Origin: a virus | Taxonomy: Duplodnaviria > Caudoviricetes | Direction: 5' to 3' (one strand) | Length of the DNA stretch: 64,000 nucleotides | IMG/VR virus record: IMGVR_UViG_3300047160_005790 | Location: 24,285-88,284 of that record | Shown here: positions 46,132 to 54,941 of the stretch, one piece after another | How the letters are laid out: each line of letters begins with the position of its first letter | Numbering within the stretch: position 1 is the stretch's first letter | Notes under the pieces: model-generated | Told to the model about the DNA's origin: nothing | Seen by the model: the letters and a program-made list of their open reading frames with translations, nothing else | The model's database searches: none | Program-made: the position numbers and the translations under genes

Positions 46132-46524
46132 CTACCTCTTCATGCCGCGCTGTAGCGACCTCCGCATCATGGCGGATGCTGGGTAGCTGACGGCCTGGTA
46201 GCGACTGGCGATAGCCGCGCCCAGTTCCAGGGCGCCCGCGTCGCCGATAGCGTCGATCGTGTTGAGAACGCTTTGCCGCAACCCGCCGTGCGCAACCTGA
46301 TCGCCGGCAGGCGTCAGACGCCAAAGCCCGTCGCCGTTGCGTTCGACTACGCCGAAGCGCCGCATCCAACTCATACGGGCGCCGACGTTGCGAAAGCGGT
46401 CGCGATCGACGAGGCCGATTTGATCGGAGATCTGCTCGGTCGAACTCCCTTCGTTGAACGGATCCAAGTCGATCAGGATGTTGAGCAGCTCGCGGTCGCT
46501 GTATTCCATTAGCGAGAGGCCCAT
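46132..46524 (-). CDS. Winged-helix protein resembling the Mrr N-terminal domain
   Basis: R.SW.RRFGVVE...G.WRLT..G. Confidence 0.5.
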   Translation of the reverse strand: MGLSLMEYSDRELLNILIDLDPFNEGSSTEQISDQIGLVDRDRFRNVGARMSWMRRFGVVERNGDGLWRLTPAGDQVAHGGLRQSVLNTIDAIGDAGALELGAAIASRYQAVSYPASAMMRRSLQRGMKR

Positions 46525-46525
46525 G

Positions 46526-46987
46526 TTACGACCTCATCGCCGCGTACAGCTTCGGCGCCCGGCCGTGACCACTATTGTCGACGCCCGCCGCGCGAACCTG
46601 CTCACGACGCCGCAGCTCACCGATTGCTTTGTTTACCGTCGTCACTGACAATCCGAGCTGTTCAGCGATCGTTCCTGCGGAAACCGGCTCCGACGTACTT
46701 TCGACGCACGCCAGCACCTTGTTGACCGTCTCGTCGTTCGTGAAACGAGGCCGAGGTCTCGTCGCCTTTTGCCTGCGCTTTCGCGGTTGAGCCGCTGCTT
46801 CGATACGAGTGATGATCTCGATCTGAGCATTGATCTCGGCGATTTCCGCCCGGCGAGCTTCGGCGTACTGCCGAATGTCCTCGACGATCTCTGCGCGTCG
46901 CCCGGTGAGCTTCTCCAGCTCGACGGCGAACGGGATGAGCAACGTCTCGATTTGCGACTTGAATGCGCCGCCGTTATCTCCTGGCAT
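46526..46987 (-). CDS. Coiled coil plus winged-HTH protein
   Basis: SAGTIAEQLGLSVTTVNKAIGEL. Confidence 0.65.
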   Translation of the reverse strand: MPGDNGGAFKSQIETLLIPFAVELEKLTGRRAEIVEDIRQYAEARRAEIAEINAQIEIITRIEAAAQPRKRRQKATRPRPRFTNDETVNKVLACVESTSEPVSAGTIAEQLGLSVTTVNKAIGELRRREQVRAAGVDNSGHGRAPKLYAAMRS

Positions 46988-47066
46988 AGTACCCTACCTC
47001 CTTATGGTGGTTCTTCTGGAGCGAGCCGCGCTCCGCGCCGCCCGTATCGTAACGGGCGACGTGCAA
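46988..47066 (-). promoter_or_regulatory. Double-hairpin leader 8
   Basis: GTCGCCCG/CGGGCGGC + GGAGCG/CGCTCC + AGAAG + doubled SD AAGGAGGTAGGGTACT. Confidence 0.8.
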
Positions 47067-47072
47067 TGCGGC

Positions 47073-47432
47073 CTAGCCCTTCGCTTCCTTCGCTGCTCGG
47101 CGCTCCGCGCGTTTTTCGACGGCCTTCTGCGAGTTGATGATGTTCGCCGCTCGATGATTCTCAACAGCTTCCGGGCGGTTGTGAATCTCCTTGAGTCGTG
47201 CACGCTGCTCGGGCGAGAACTGCCGAAAGCGATCCGGCCATTCTTCTTCGTTCAGCTTGTCGCGACGCCGGTTCGCGAGTATGCGATGCGATGTCGGGCC
47301 GAACACGACCTGCTTCTTCTTGTTCGGTTCGTCTAGGTCGATGACCTCGTACACGTACGGATAATACTTGCCCTTGACGCGCTTGCGACGCACCATGTAG
47401 CGATATCCCATATCCGCAAACGTCTTGCTCAT
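47073..47432 (-). CDS. Basic hypothetical protein
   Basis: ATGA overlap. Confidence 0.6.
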   Translation of the reverse strand: MSKTFADMGYRYMVRRKRVKGKYYPYVYEVIDLDEPNKKKQVVFGPTSHRILANRRRDKLNEEEWPDRFRQFSPEQRARLKEIHNRPEAVENHRAANIINSQKAVEKRAERRAAKEAKG

Positions 47433-47890
47433 CGCTTCGCTCGTTCTTCGAGGATGCGGTTCTTGACGCCGACGGGATTCGGCAGCGTATCTTCCCGCCA
47501 TTCGCCGGTGTACGGATCTCGGTTGTAGGCGCGTTGAAACCATTCGCCCATGTCGATCATGCCGGCGGCGTCGCCGTCGATGTAATCGACATACAGATCG
47601 TAGTTTACGTCGGCTTCCGGGTTGTCGCCCTTGATATCCTTCGCGACATCTTCGGCGATTTTCCGCAGCGATTCCTGAAGCTCGTCGAGATGTGCTCGCG
47701 TCGGCCGACCAGTAGAGAACACCCGTTCCGCGAGCGGCAGAATGTTCTCCATCTTGATGATCAGCTCAGCGAAACCTCGATCACCGAGTTCCGGTTGATT
47801 GCCGAGGCACGAGAGAATCTCCTCAATCTCCATACCAATATCGCTCAGAGATCGAGCAATCGTGTCGGCGTTGTAGCCACTTCTATTCAT
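47429..47890 (-). CDS. Hypothetical protein
   Basis: Preceded by leader. Confidence 0.65.
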   Translation of the reverse strand: MNRSGYNADTIARSLSDIGMEIEEILSCLGNQPELGDRGFAELIIKMENILPLAERVFSTGRPTRAHLDELQESLRKIAEDVAKDIKGDNPEADVNYDLYVDYIDGDAAGMIDMGEWFQRAYNRDPYTGEWREDTLPNPVGVKNRILEERAKR

Positions 47891-47891
47891 T

Positions 47892-47945
47892 GGTACCCTC
47901 CTGTTCGATGGCCTCTCGCCCGCGGCCCCGCGCCGCGAGCGGCAG
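47892..47945 (-). promoter_or_regulatory. Leader 9 (single-hairpin variant)
   Basis: CGCTCGCGGC/GCCGCGGGCG + AGAGGCCA + AGGAGGGTACC. Confidence 0.7.
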
Positions 47946-47954
47946 GTCACCCTG

Positions 47955-48203
47955 CTATCTTTCGGAGTCGTTTCGCAAGTAGCCGAGCACGCGCTCGGCA
48001 TCTTCTTCTGAGACAGGGTCGTCCCATTCTTCTAGCATGTCGAGCGTGAGTTCGAGCGCCGATGGCAAGCGCCTTTTGTCGCACCAGAAGAAAAGAATAC
48101 CTTCGCCCCAGATGTGTTGATCGAACTCCGCGCGCGGAATACGATCCAGGTCGAACCCGGCTTTGCGCATCTCGCGCTCGGCGGCCTTGAACGGATCGTT
48201 CAT
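47955..48203 (-). CDS. Hypothetical protein
   Basis: TGATG overlap. Confidence 0.55.
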   Translation of the reverse strand: MNDPFKAAEREMRKAGFDLDRIPRAEFDQHIWGEGILFFWCDKRRLPSALELTLDMLEEWDDPVSEEDAERVLGYLRNDSER

Positions 48204-48451
48204 CAGTTGACTTCGAAGTTCGCGATGGCGATGGCCAGTAAGTCTTCGTAGTCCTCGGTGGCGAGCATCGCCTCGCGCAGCTTCGTCGCAGCATCCGTAG
48301 CTGCTTCGCGCGAGTAGCCCTCGCGACTCATCGCTCGCTTGAGGGACTGTACGCAGACGCCGATGATCATGAAGGCATTGCCGTCGATTCCACTGAGCTG
48401 AACTTCCGGCTTGACCGGCAACTCCAAATCGAGCGAATCCTTCTCGCTCAT
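48203..48451 (-). CDS. Conserved phage protein (GxDGNAF family)
   Basis: VQLSGIDGNAF.IIG. Confidence 0.7.
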   Translation of the reverse strand: MSEKDSLDLELPVKPEVQLSGIDGNAFMIIGVCVQSLKRAMSREGYSREAATDAATKLREAMLATEDYEDLLAIAIANFEVN

Positions 48452-48453
48452 TA

Positions 48454-48523
48454 GGCACCTCCTGTTTGGCTTTCGGAGCCGAGTGGCTCCCGCCGCCCGA
48501 CATTTACTGTCGAACGGCGGCGG
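48454..48523 (-). promoter_or_regulatory. Double-hairpin leader 10
   Basis: CCGCCGC/GCGGCGG + GGAGCC/GGCTCC + GAAAGCCA + AGGAGGTGCC. Confidence 0.85.
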
Positions 48524-49126
48524 TCACCCTGCGCGTGCTGCTAGCTCGGTTGTGATCGCATCGTTCGCCGCGATGTTGAACGCCTCGACATAGGCGTCGT
48601 ACAGTTGATTGTCGAGGTATTCCTGTTCGAGGTCCATCGTCGGTTTCATGTCTGCGTCGAGCGCATCGACGTCCCGTAGCACGTCGATCCACATCGGCTC
48701 GTCTGCGAATTCGCCGCCCAGCCGCGGGCTCGGCAGTTCGTCGAGAACCTCTGGGTCGCCGTCGTTGATCTTGCGAAGCAAGTCGGCGCAGTGTTCTGGG
48801 GTCCATGCGACTTCGACCCACCAACTAGCTGCGGCTTCGCCGTCGTTGGTCGCTCGCGCAAGAACGCGAACCAACACGAGAACGTGCGACACGATCTCGC
48901 AGATCGCTTCGTGTACGGCGCCGATGTGACGGCTTTTGATCAGACCACCGGCACGGTCGTATTCCTGGTTCGCGAGTTGCATCTTCTCCCAGGAATTCAG
49001 TTCCTCGAACGTCGTCTTGTCCGCCTCGATGAGTCGGATGACGTCTTCGGCCATGTCGATGACGATCTGGTCTTTTACCAGTTTGTCTACAACCTCGTCG
49101 TACTCTTGCGACCGAATCCCGGTCAC
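48524..49126 (-). CDS. Acidic hypothetical protein
   Basis: Preceded by leader; PSPRLGGEFAD. Confidence 0.65.
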   Translation of the reverse strand: MTGIRSQEYDEVVDKLVKDQIVIDMAEDVIRLIEADKTTFEELNSWEKMQLANQEYDRAGGLIKSRHIGAVHEAICEIVSHVLVLVRVLARATNDGEAAASWWVEVAWTPEHCADLLRKINDGDPEVLDELPSPRLGGEFADEPMWIDVLRDVDALDADMKPTMDLEQEYLDNQLYDAYVEAFNIAANDAITTELAARAG

Positions 49127-49130
49127 GCTT

Positions 49131-49197
49131 GGTACCCTCCTTTCGTTGCTACGGAGCGGGTTGCTCCCTGCCGCGCCTCGTCGGGCGCGACAGGCAG
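49131..49197 (-). promoter_or_regulatory. Double-hairpin leader 11
   Basis: CCTGTCGCGCC/GGCGCGGCAGG + GGAGC/GCTCC + AAAGGAGGGTACC. Confidence 0.85.
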
Positions 49198-49239
49198 TAG
49201 CCTAGCTGCTCTTTGTCTTTGGCGATTCCTCGTCGTCTC

Positions 49240-49809
49240 TTACGATACGAGCAGGGCTTCCGGCCCGTAGCTGATGACGACTAGCGCCGCCGCTACCCAG
49301 CGAGCGCAGGCCGTCTCTTGTAGGCTGAGGATGTCGGTCGTCATCTCGACGCCGATCGCCGCTTGTTCCCAGAGCCACGAGAGACGCCTGTCTGCGGTGC
49401 CGTTCGGGAACATGTCGTCGATACCGACCGGCGCACCCGGCAACATACGCTCGAAGTGCTGAGCGACGAGCCGGTAGCGATTGGTGGTGAATTCGACGAG
49501 GTTCCAGCGAATCGCCCGCAACGCGATGAGTTGCGTCGAGGGCGACGGGCCGCCCATCGCGGTGATCTTGTCGATCGCAGAGAGGGCGGCTTCCGGATCG
49601 ACCACTTCGAAGCCTTCGCGTTCGAGCTTCAGGCTCAAAAGGCCGAGCATCGTCTTGTTGTCCTGCTCCCACGCGTCTGAGTCGGCAGGGGCGTCCACGT
49701 ACAAGCCGAACGCCGTTAGTTGTCCGATGTTGATGTACTCGACATCGCCGATCAGGATCTGCCCTTCGTCTCCGGTCTTGATCACACGAGTGATGATGTC
49801 CTTGCTCAT
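49240..49809 (-). CDS. Hypothetical protein
   Basis: Preceded by leader. Confidence 0.65.
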   Translation of the reverse strand: MSKDIITRVIKTGDEGQILIGDVEYINIGQLTAFGLYVDAPADSDAWEQDNKTMLGLLSLKLEREGFEVVDPEAALSAIDKITAMGGPSPSTQLIALRAIRWNLVEFTTNRYRLVAQHFERMLPGAPVGIDDMFPNGTADRRLSWLWEQAAIGVEMTTDILSLQETACARWVAAALVVISYGPEALLVS

Positions 49810-49813
49810 TGTT

Positions 49814-49886
49814 GGTACCCTCCTGTTCGTTGGCCTTCTGAAGTTCCATGAACTTCGAGCCGCCCGTCTTGAGCGGGCGACTCGCA
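49814..49886 (-). promoter_or_regulatory. Double-hairpin leader 12
   Basis: CGAGTCGCCCG/CGGGCGGCTCG + GAAGTTC/GAACTTC + AGAAGGCCA + AGGAGGGTACC. Confidence 0.88.
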
Positions 49887-50052
49887 GATCACTTTAGACC
49901 AAGGCCGATGTTGTCTAGCCTCGAAGTCCAGGCGCATTCTCCTAACCAGTACACGTCCGGATCGTCTTCCTGCCACGCCTCGTCAACATCGAAGATGTGC
50001 ACTTTCGTTGGCGTGAACGCGTCCCAGAGCCACCAGATGAGAGCTTTGCAGA

Positions 50053-50241
50053 TCACAGCTTGATGCCGGCTTTGCGGAACTCGTTCTGAACGATGTCGAG
50101 TGCTAGCTCGATGCCTTCGCGAACGCTTTGATCGTAGCCGTCGCTGTCCTCGGCCGTTTCGTAGTCGAATGCTTCCTTGGCGGCTCGATTGAGCTTCCTC
50201 TCGATTGCTTCGAGCAGCACCTCTGGCGGCTTCTTCAGCAT
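50053..50241 (-). CDS. Hypothetical protein
   Basis: Coupled ORF. Confidence 0.55.
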   Translation of the reverse strand: MLKKPPEVLLEAIERKLNRAAKEAFDYETAEDSDGYDQSVREGIELALDIVQNEFRKAGIKL

Positions 50242-50573
50242 GACTCTACGAAGTCGGCGCAGCTTTGACAGGCTGCGACGAGGCCGAGGCCGACATGCGG
50301 AATGAGCTTGACGGCATCGTTCGGACAGAGCGCGAACCACTCACATCTGCCGAGGGTGTCGATGCCTTGCAGGCGGTGCACAGAATTCGAGACATCCAGC
50401 AGTCTCCCGTCCGGCCGAGCCAGCGTGAACACCTTCGGCCCGTCGGGGCTGTAAAGGTGGCTGATCCAGACCTCGTGCTCTGCCAGCACGCCGGTCGCCT
50501 TGTACAAGTGCGAGACGTACAAGCCGCTGTAGTGCTCGCCGACGAAGGCGTTGATCTCCTGATAGGTCGCCAT
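50235..50573 (-). CDS. Hypothetical protein with C-terminal Cys cluster
   Basis: Preceded by leader. Confidence 0.6.
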   Translation of the reverse strand: MATYQEINAFVGEHYSGLYVSHLYKATGVLAEHEVWISHLYSPDGPKVFTLARPDGRLLDVSNSVHRLQGIDTLGRCEWFALCPNDAVKLIPHVGLGLVAACQSCADFVESC

Positions 50574-50575
50574 TC

Positions 50576-50643
50576 AGTACCCTCCTTCGGTATGGCTTTC
50601 TGGAGCAAGGGTGCTCCCGCCCGACGCGAAGCCGGGCGGCAAC
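50576..50643 (-). promoter_or_regulatory. Double-hairpin leader 13
   Basis: TTGCCGCCCGG/TCGGGCGG + GGAGCA/TGCTCC + AGAAAGCCA + AAGGAGGGTACT. Confidence 0.88.
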
Positions 50644-50652
50644 ATCCTGTTG

Positions 50653-51489
50653 CTAGCGATTCAGGCCGCGGCGATTGCCGCCGAGGCCGGGCTGGCCGAC
50701 GTCCGCGTTGCGGCCGGCAGCGTAGCCCGCGTTGGCCGAAGCTGAGCTGCCCGAGTTCTGCCGCTGGCTAACGCTCCGCAGGTGCGGATACAACCGCTTG
50801 AACTCGTCGACCAGCAGGACTTCGCGAGACTGAAGCACGAGTTCGACGCTGTGCTTCGCGATTTCCATGCTCGTCTTGCTGCGCTCCGCCGCCGCCCGCT
50901 CCGCAGCTTCGCGGCCCGCGCGGGTGGCCTCGCGCATCTTCGCGCCGACGCCGTCCCCGAACGACGAGATGAACTGTCGGCGGTCGAGGAACAGCTGCCG
51001 CTCGGCGCGCTTGGGGTCCAAGTAGGCGTACGTGTTCGCCTCCCTGTGCTCGTTCCACCAGCGAGTGCCAGCGCGAACGGCTTGAAGCTGAAGGCTCGCG
51101 CACAGCGCCCGAAAGCGGTCCATGTCCGACTTGAAGCCGGTCGCCTTCAGGATGTACGTCTGCTTGCGCTCCTTGCCGTCGATAACGCGAGGCGAGTCCT
51201 GAATGAGGACGGCCTTGATGTTGTTGTTCAACATCGCCTGCCACGTCACGTTGCCGAGCGCGACCCGGAAGCTGCCGGTGTGAACGAACTCCTCAGTGAT
51301 GAACTCGTCCTTGACAGCGTGCGAGCCGCGGGCCTCGTTCAGCATCGCCTCGGTGATCGCGTACTCCGTCATCAGCTCCTGCGCCTTCTGGAAGAGCGCC
51401 TCCGCCTCGTGAACCGAGTCGGTGCTCTCCGCCTTGCGCAGCAGCTTCGTGATCTTGTCGGCGTACTGCTCTTGCTGTTGTGTTGCCAT
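50653..51489 (-). CDS. DUF2786-domain protein
   Basis: KITKLL.KAEST...EAEA...KAQELM..YAI. Confidence 0.85.
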   Translation of the reverse strand: MATQQQEQYADKITKLLRKAESTDSVHEAEALFQKAQELMTEYAITEAMLNEARGSHAVKDEFITEEFVHTGSFRVALGNVTWQAMLNNNIKAVLIQDSPRVIDGKERKQTYILKATGFKSDMDRFRALCASLQLQAVRAGTRWWNEHREANTYAYLDPKRAERQLFLDRRQFISSFGDGVGAKMREATRAGREAAERAAAERSKTSMEIAKHSVELVLQSREVLLVDEFKRLYPHLRSVSQRQNSGSSASANAGYAAGRNADVGQPGLGGNRRGLNR

Positions 51490-51492
51490 TCC

Positions 51493-51568
51493 GGTACCCT
51501 CCTTTATGGGGTTCTTTCTGGGCTAATACGCCCGGGAAGTGCCGGTCTCCTCAACCGACACAACCCGC
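51493..51568 (-). promoter_or_regulatory. Double-hairpin leader 14
   Basis: CGGG..GTGTCGGT/ACCGGCAC..CCCG + GGGC/GCCC + AGAAAG + AAAGGAGGGTACC. Confidence 0.8.
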
Positions 51569-51571
51569 GCG

Positions 51572-52066
51572 TTAGCTCTGACCTCTCCTCCAGCGCTCGC
51601 GCAAACCGACTACGTCGGAGTAGCAGTGATCTCGGATCAGTTGCGGTTGCGATTCGTACAGCTTCGCTGCGTTCCGCGCGACGTGATCTGCCTGCTTCGG
51701 GTCGTTACGCGGCCCGAGGTTGATCCACGTCAGGTGGTTTGCCCAGCTTGCGTACGGCCAAGGGCCGGGCGTCGGCAGGAACTCGCGTCGGGCGTTGATG
51801 AAGCGGCCCTTGGCGATCATCTCGTCGAAATACCGCGTCGCCTCGTACACGATCGTATCGACTTGATAGCCGTCCAACCAGTCTCCGAGCTTCGCGAATA
51901 CGGTTTGTTCGTCGCCTTCGAACAATGTGATGAGGCTGTTCGAGAGGCAGATGCCGGCCATAAAGACCTGCCACCGCTTGGTGACGGGCCGCCGGTCGGC
52001 GTCGTACACGAACGGCTCGGGCAAATCGACCTTGCGAGTTTCGAAGTCCAGGAACGCATACGTCAT
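51572..52066 (-). CDS. Putative DEDD/RNase H-like exonuclease
   Basis: FLDFET ... YFD ... HC.SDV. Confidence 0.5.
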   Translation of the reverse strand: MTYAFLDFETRKVDLPEPFVYDADRRPVTKRWQVFMAGICLSNSLITLFEGDEQTVFAKLGDWLDGYQVDTIVYEATRYFDEMIAKGRFINARREFLPTPGPWPYASWANHLTWINLGPRNDPKQADHVARNAAKLYESQPQLIRDHCYSDVVGLRERWRRGQS

Positions 52067-52314
52067 GACGACCTGTCCTCCACGAAGGTCTGTACGAGCA
52101 ACTGTAAGTTGTTGTACAGCGTCGTCAGGTTATGCTCGACTTCCGTGTAGTTAGTCGCGACGATGTCGTTGCCAGCATGCATCGCATCGAGCGACGCATA
52201 CGCGACTTGCTCGCGACGCAACTCGATGGTGATCAGCATGTTCTGAATCAACTCGCCCGGCTCGCCGAGCCGGATGATCGCCTCGACCGTCTTCGACTGA
52301 AGTGGCCGGGCCAT
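52063..52314 (-). CDS. Hypothetical protein
   Basis: Coupled ORF. Confidence 0.55.
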   Translation of the reverse strand: MARPLQSKTVEAIIRLGEPGELIQNMLITIELRREQVAYASLDAMHAGNDIVATNYTEVEHNLTTLYNNLQLLVQTFVEDRSS

Positions 52315-52316
52315 CG

Positions 52317-52538
52317 TTATCGTTCCTTTGGCAGTTCGATTTCGACTGCCGCTTCGATGTCTTCGAGAGACATGACGCTCGTGCCGCCTTCGTCCCAGGG
52401 CCGGCAACTGAAGACGGCGTTGCCTTCTGACGTGATCTCGAGCAAATGAACGCGCCTGACGACGCGCCTCGTTCGGGCGCCAACTGGGAGGAACGTGATG
52501 TTGTATGCCTTGCCTGGCTGCATTTCTGAAGCTTTCAT
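52317..52538 (-). CDS. Hypothetical protein
   Basis: Preceded by leader. Confidence 0.65.
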   Translation of the reverse strand: MKASEMQPGKAYNITFLPVGARTRRVVRRVHLLEITSEGNAVFSCRPWDEGGTSVMSLEDIEAAVEIELPKER

Positions 52539-52543
52539 GCTTC

Positions 52544-52604
52544 GGTACCCTCCTGTTCTGGAGCCTTCATGAGCTCCCGCCCCGCCTTATGACGGGGCGG
52601 CAAC
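52544..52604 (-). promoter_or_regulatory. Double-hairpin leader 15
   Basis: TTGCCGCCCCG/CGGGGCGG + GGAGC/GCTCC + AGAAC + AGGAGGGTACC. Confidence 0.88.
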
Positions 52605-52607
52605 GCA

Positions 52608-52844
52608 CTAGGCGCGCTCGACCGTGAACTTGACGTCGGCCTCCTTCTCGCCGCCGAGCGCCTCCAGGACGATGTTCGGGTAGTAGATGTCCATGGTGAC
52701 TGGCGTCCCGTCCGGGTTCATGAGCGGCTTGCCGTCCGGGCCGACGACGGCGCCGGTGTAGCGGACGGAGTTCTTCTTGGGGTCCTTCACCTTCATCTCG
52801 GCCGTAACGGGGCCGGTGTTGTTCGTCGCGCGCTGTCGCGCCAT
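52608..52844 (-). CDS. Hypothetical protein
   Basis: Preceded by leader. Confidence 0.65.
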   Translation of the reverse strand: MARQRATNNTGPVTAEMKVKDPKKNSVRYTGAVVGPDGKPLMNPDGTPVTMDIYYPNIVLEALGGEKEADVKFTVERA

Positions 52845-52846
52845 TA

Positions 52847-52912
52847 GGTACCTCCTGTGGTTGGCCTTCTGGGCATGATGCCCCGAGGCGGCCTCGATTG
52901 GCCGCCCCGGCG
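52847..52912 (-). promoter_or_regulatory. Double-hairpin leader 16
   Basis: CCGGGGCGGCC/GGCCGCCTCGG + GGGCA/TGCCC + AGAAGGCCA + AGGAGGTACC. Confidence 0.85.
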
Positions 52913-53206
52913 CTACACCGTCCCTTGCTTGCTACGCAGGTTGCCGCCCGCGCGAAGCTCGACTGAGATGACCGGCAGACTGCCGCGAACGGGCGTGGCC
53001 ACCAGCCAGCTTTCGCTGAACTCCGATTGAGCCTTGTCCTTTCCGGACGTGAACGTGCCCTTGCGATCGTCTCGCCTGATCTTGAACTCGACGCCGTTGA
53101 GCACGACGAACTTGCGGCCGTCGGCGAACGCCTTGCGAATCAGGTCGCCTTCCGATTTGATCGGGCCGCCGGTGCCCGTCGCCGGTTGCTTTTTGGCGGG
53201 CGTCAC
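52913..53206 (-). CDS. Hypothetical protein
   Basis: ATGA-type overlap. Confidence 0.6.
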   Translation of the reverse strand: MTPAKKQPATGTGGPIKSEGDLIRKAFADGRKFVVLNGVEFKIRRDDRKGTFTSGKDKAQSEFSESWLVATPVRGSLPVISVELRAGGNLRSKQGTV

Positions 53207-53391
53207 GGCAGTTCCCTGACCGTGATTTCGTACAGCTCACGCGGCGTCGGCGATATGTCGAACTTTGCCGTATGCGAATCGACGCCTTCGGCGACGATGT
53301 CGCAGAAGACATTGGTGAACCTGCCGCCCGCGGGGGCGCGCTCGATCAGTCGTTTGATGTCCTGTGCGATCTGAAACGCGGAGTTGCTCAT
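53203..53391 (-). CDS. Hypothetical protein
   Basis: ATGA overlap. Confidence 0.55.
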   Translation of the reverse strand: MSNSAFQIAQDIKRLIERAPAGGRFTNVFCDIVAEGVDSHTAKFDISPTPRELYEITVRELP

Positions 53392-53654
53392 GTCGAGATC
53401 CGCCCTTCCTGATCGACGCCGCCCGAGATGATCCACTCGCCCTTGTCGTCCAGCAACGTGAAGCCGAGGTAGCTGGTGGACAAGCCGAACGTGCCGACGC
53501 CCGCCCGCACCGTCGCCGCCTTGTAGCGCTGAGCGATTCCGACGAGGCTCATGATCTGCTCGCCGGTGATGACGAACTCGCGGTTGGGGTCGATCACGAT
53601 GCCAATCTCGAAGAACGGCTTGCGTTCGACCTTCTCCTGTGGCTCTGTTGCCAT
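53388..53654 (-). CDS. Hypothetical protein
   Basis: Preceded by leader. Confidence 0.65.
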   Translation of the reverse strand: MATEPQEKVERKPFFEIGIVIDPNREFVITGEQIMSLVGIAQRYKAATVRAGVGTFGLSTSYLGFTLLDDKGEWIISGGVDQEGRIST

Positions 53655-53657
53655 TCT

Positions 53658-53730
53658 GGTACCCTCCTAACTTCGGTTTCGGAGGCAACTGGCCTCCCGC
53701 CCAGCCGTTGTGCCTACGGCCGGGCGGCAG
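53658..53730 (-). promoter_or_regulatory. Double-hairpin leader 17
   Basis: CCGCCCGGCCG/CGGCTGGGCGG + GGAGGC/GCCTCC + GAAACC + AGGAGGGTACC. Confidence 0.87.
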
Positions 53731-53739
53731 CGTCAGCTG

Positions 53740-54045
53740 CTATGTGCCCTCTCCCAACTTGAGCACTGCGTAGTTCGGCTTGATCTTGCGGTTGATATAC
53801 TCCCCAGTGCTGCGCGCGTACGCTGCCGCGACGGCTCGCTGCCGCGAAACGCCGAGATACACGAACGTTACCGGGTTCTCGAACTTGCCGAACTTGGTGT
53901 ACATGTTGCCGGCGTCGTCCCAACCGACGGCCGCGACGTTGCTCGACTCGATCAATCGCCAGTTGACGATCATCTCGATCTTGCCGCCGAGCGCGTCGGG
54001 AACGACGAACAATACGCCGTCGAGCTTTGCGCTCTTAAGGGGCAT
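53740..54045 (-). CDS. KTSC-domain protein
   Basis: IESSNVAAVGWD...Y.KF...Y.GV......A.S.G.YIN..IK..Y. Confidence 0.85.
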   Translation of the reverse strand: MPLKSAKLDGVLFVVPDALGGKIEMIVNWRLIESSNVAAVGWDDAGNMYTKFGKFENPVTFVYLGVSRQRAVAAAYARSTGEYINRKIKPNYAVLKLGEGT

Positions 54046-54256
54046 CGTATTGATCCTCCAGGTCATCGTCCTTGCCGACGAGGCCGACTACCAACATCCG
54101 TTGCCAGATGCCGGTGCGCCGGAACTCCCTGATGTGAGTGCGAAGGATATCGCACAATCTGCCGCCGAGCGGATCGCGCGCCAGCCGGTCTGCGAGATAC
54201 TCAGCTTCGTTGACAGACAACTCAATCTGCAAGTTGATCGGACGTTGCGTTTTCAT
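54035..54256 (-). CDS. Hypothetical protein
   Basis: Preceded by leader. Confidence 0.6.
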   Translation of the reverse strand: MKTQRPINLQIELSVNEAEYLADRLARDPLGGRLCDILRTHIREFRRTGIWQRMLVVGLVGKDDDLEDQYDAP

Positions 54257-54257
54257 G

Positions 54258-54318
54258 GGCACCCTCCTTTCCGGAACGCTTGAGCGTTCCGGGCGCCCGA
54301 GTATCGGGCACCCGCAAC
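54258..54318 (-). promoter_or_regulatory. Double-hairpin leader 18
   Basis: TTGCGGGTGCCCG/CGGGCGCCCG + GGAACGC/GCGTTCC + AAAGGAGGGTGCC. Confidence 0.87.
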
Positions 54319-54320
54319 GT

Positions 54321-54581
54321 TCAGAGATACGTCATTGCTATGTAACCTGCGATTGCTTCTCGTTGCGTCTTGAACGCGCCGTAGCTCTCGTTGCTGCCGC
54401 GAGCGGGGCGCAGGTGATACTTACCGTCGCCGTCAGCAGACTTCGGCGTGTTATCGACGACCATCTTACTGCGCGGTCCGTCGAGCGTGATGCCCCAACG
54501 AGGGGGCCAAGGCTCTTGGTCACAGTAGCTCTTACTCGTGATGCCAAGTTCCGCGAGCTTCTTGCGGTGAATAACCTTCAT
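54321..54581 (-). CDS. Hypothetical protein
   Basis: ATGA overlap. Confidence 0.6.
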   Translation of the reverse strand: MKVIHRKKLAELGITSKSYCDQEPWPPRWGITLDGPRSKMVVDNTPKSADGDGKYHLRPARGSNESYGAFKTQREAIAGYIAMTYL

Positions 54582-54856
54582 GACAGGTCCTCACATTCAC
54601 CGTCGATGATGGCTGCCTCGTAGGGCGAGACGGCTTCGACAAGCCGAGCTTGAAAGCTGAGGCGCGTCAGATCGACGCGGTTCACGTCGAGCAGCGCACC
54701 TGCCGTCAGCTCGTGCTCGCCGCCGGGGTTCGTGATGACCTCGTAGAAGTTGCCGACGGGCATCGTGTACAACACGTAGCCGTCGTTGAACGTCATGCGC
54801 TCGCCGACGAGCCAGCTCTCGCTGTGTGCGAGCCTAGCTAGCGTGATGACTAGCAT
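54578..54856 (-). CDS. Hypothetical protein
   Basis: Preceded by leader. Confidence 0.6.
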   Translation of the reverse strand: MLVITLARLAHSESWLVGERMTFNDGYVLYTMPVGNFYEVITNPGGEHELTAGALLDVNRVDLTRLSFQARLVEAVSPYEAAIIDGECEDLS

Positions 54857-54925
54857 GGCACCCTCCTTTTCTGGTACTGGCACTGCTTTGGCAGCACCGA
54901 GCGACGGGCTGTTGCCCGTCACCCG
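54857..54925 (-). promoter_or_regulatory. Double-hairpin leader 19
   Basis: CGGGTGACGGG/CCCGTCGCTCG + GGTGCTGC/GCAGTGCC + AGAAAAGGAGGGTGCC. Confidence 0.82.
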
Positions 54926-54941
54926 CTACTGCTGCTTGTTG

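Noticed and set aside
50782-51723. Long plus-strand ORFs in the early region (also 31366..32211, 32457..33317)
   Set aside because: Antisense to well-supported minus-strand genes and lacking an SD
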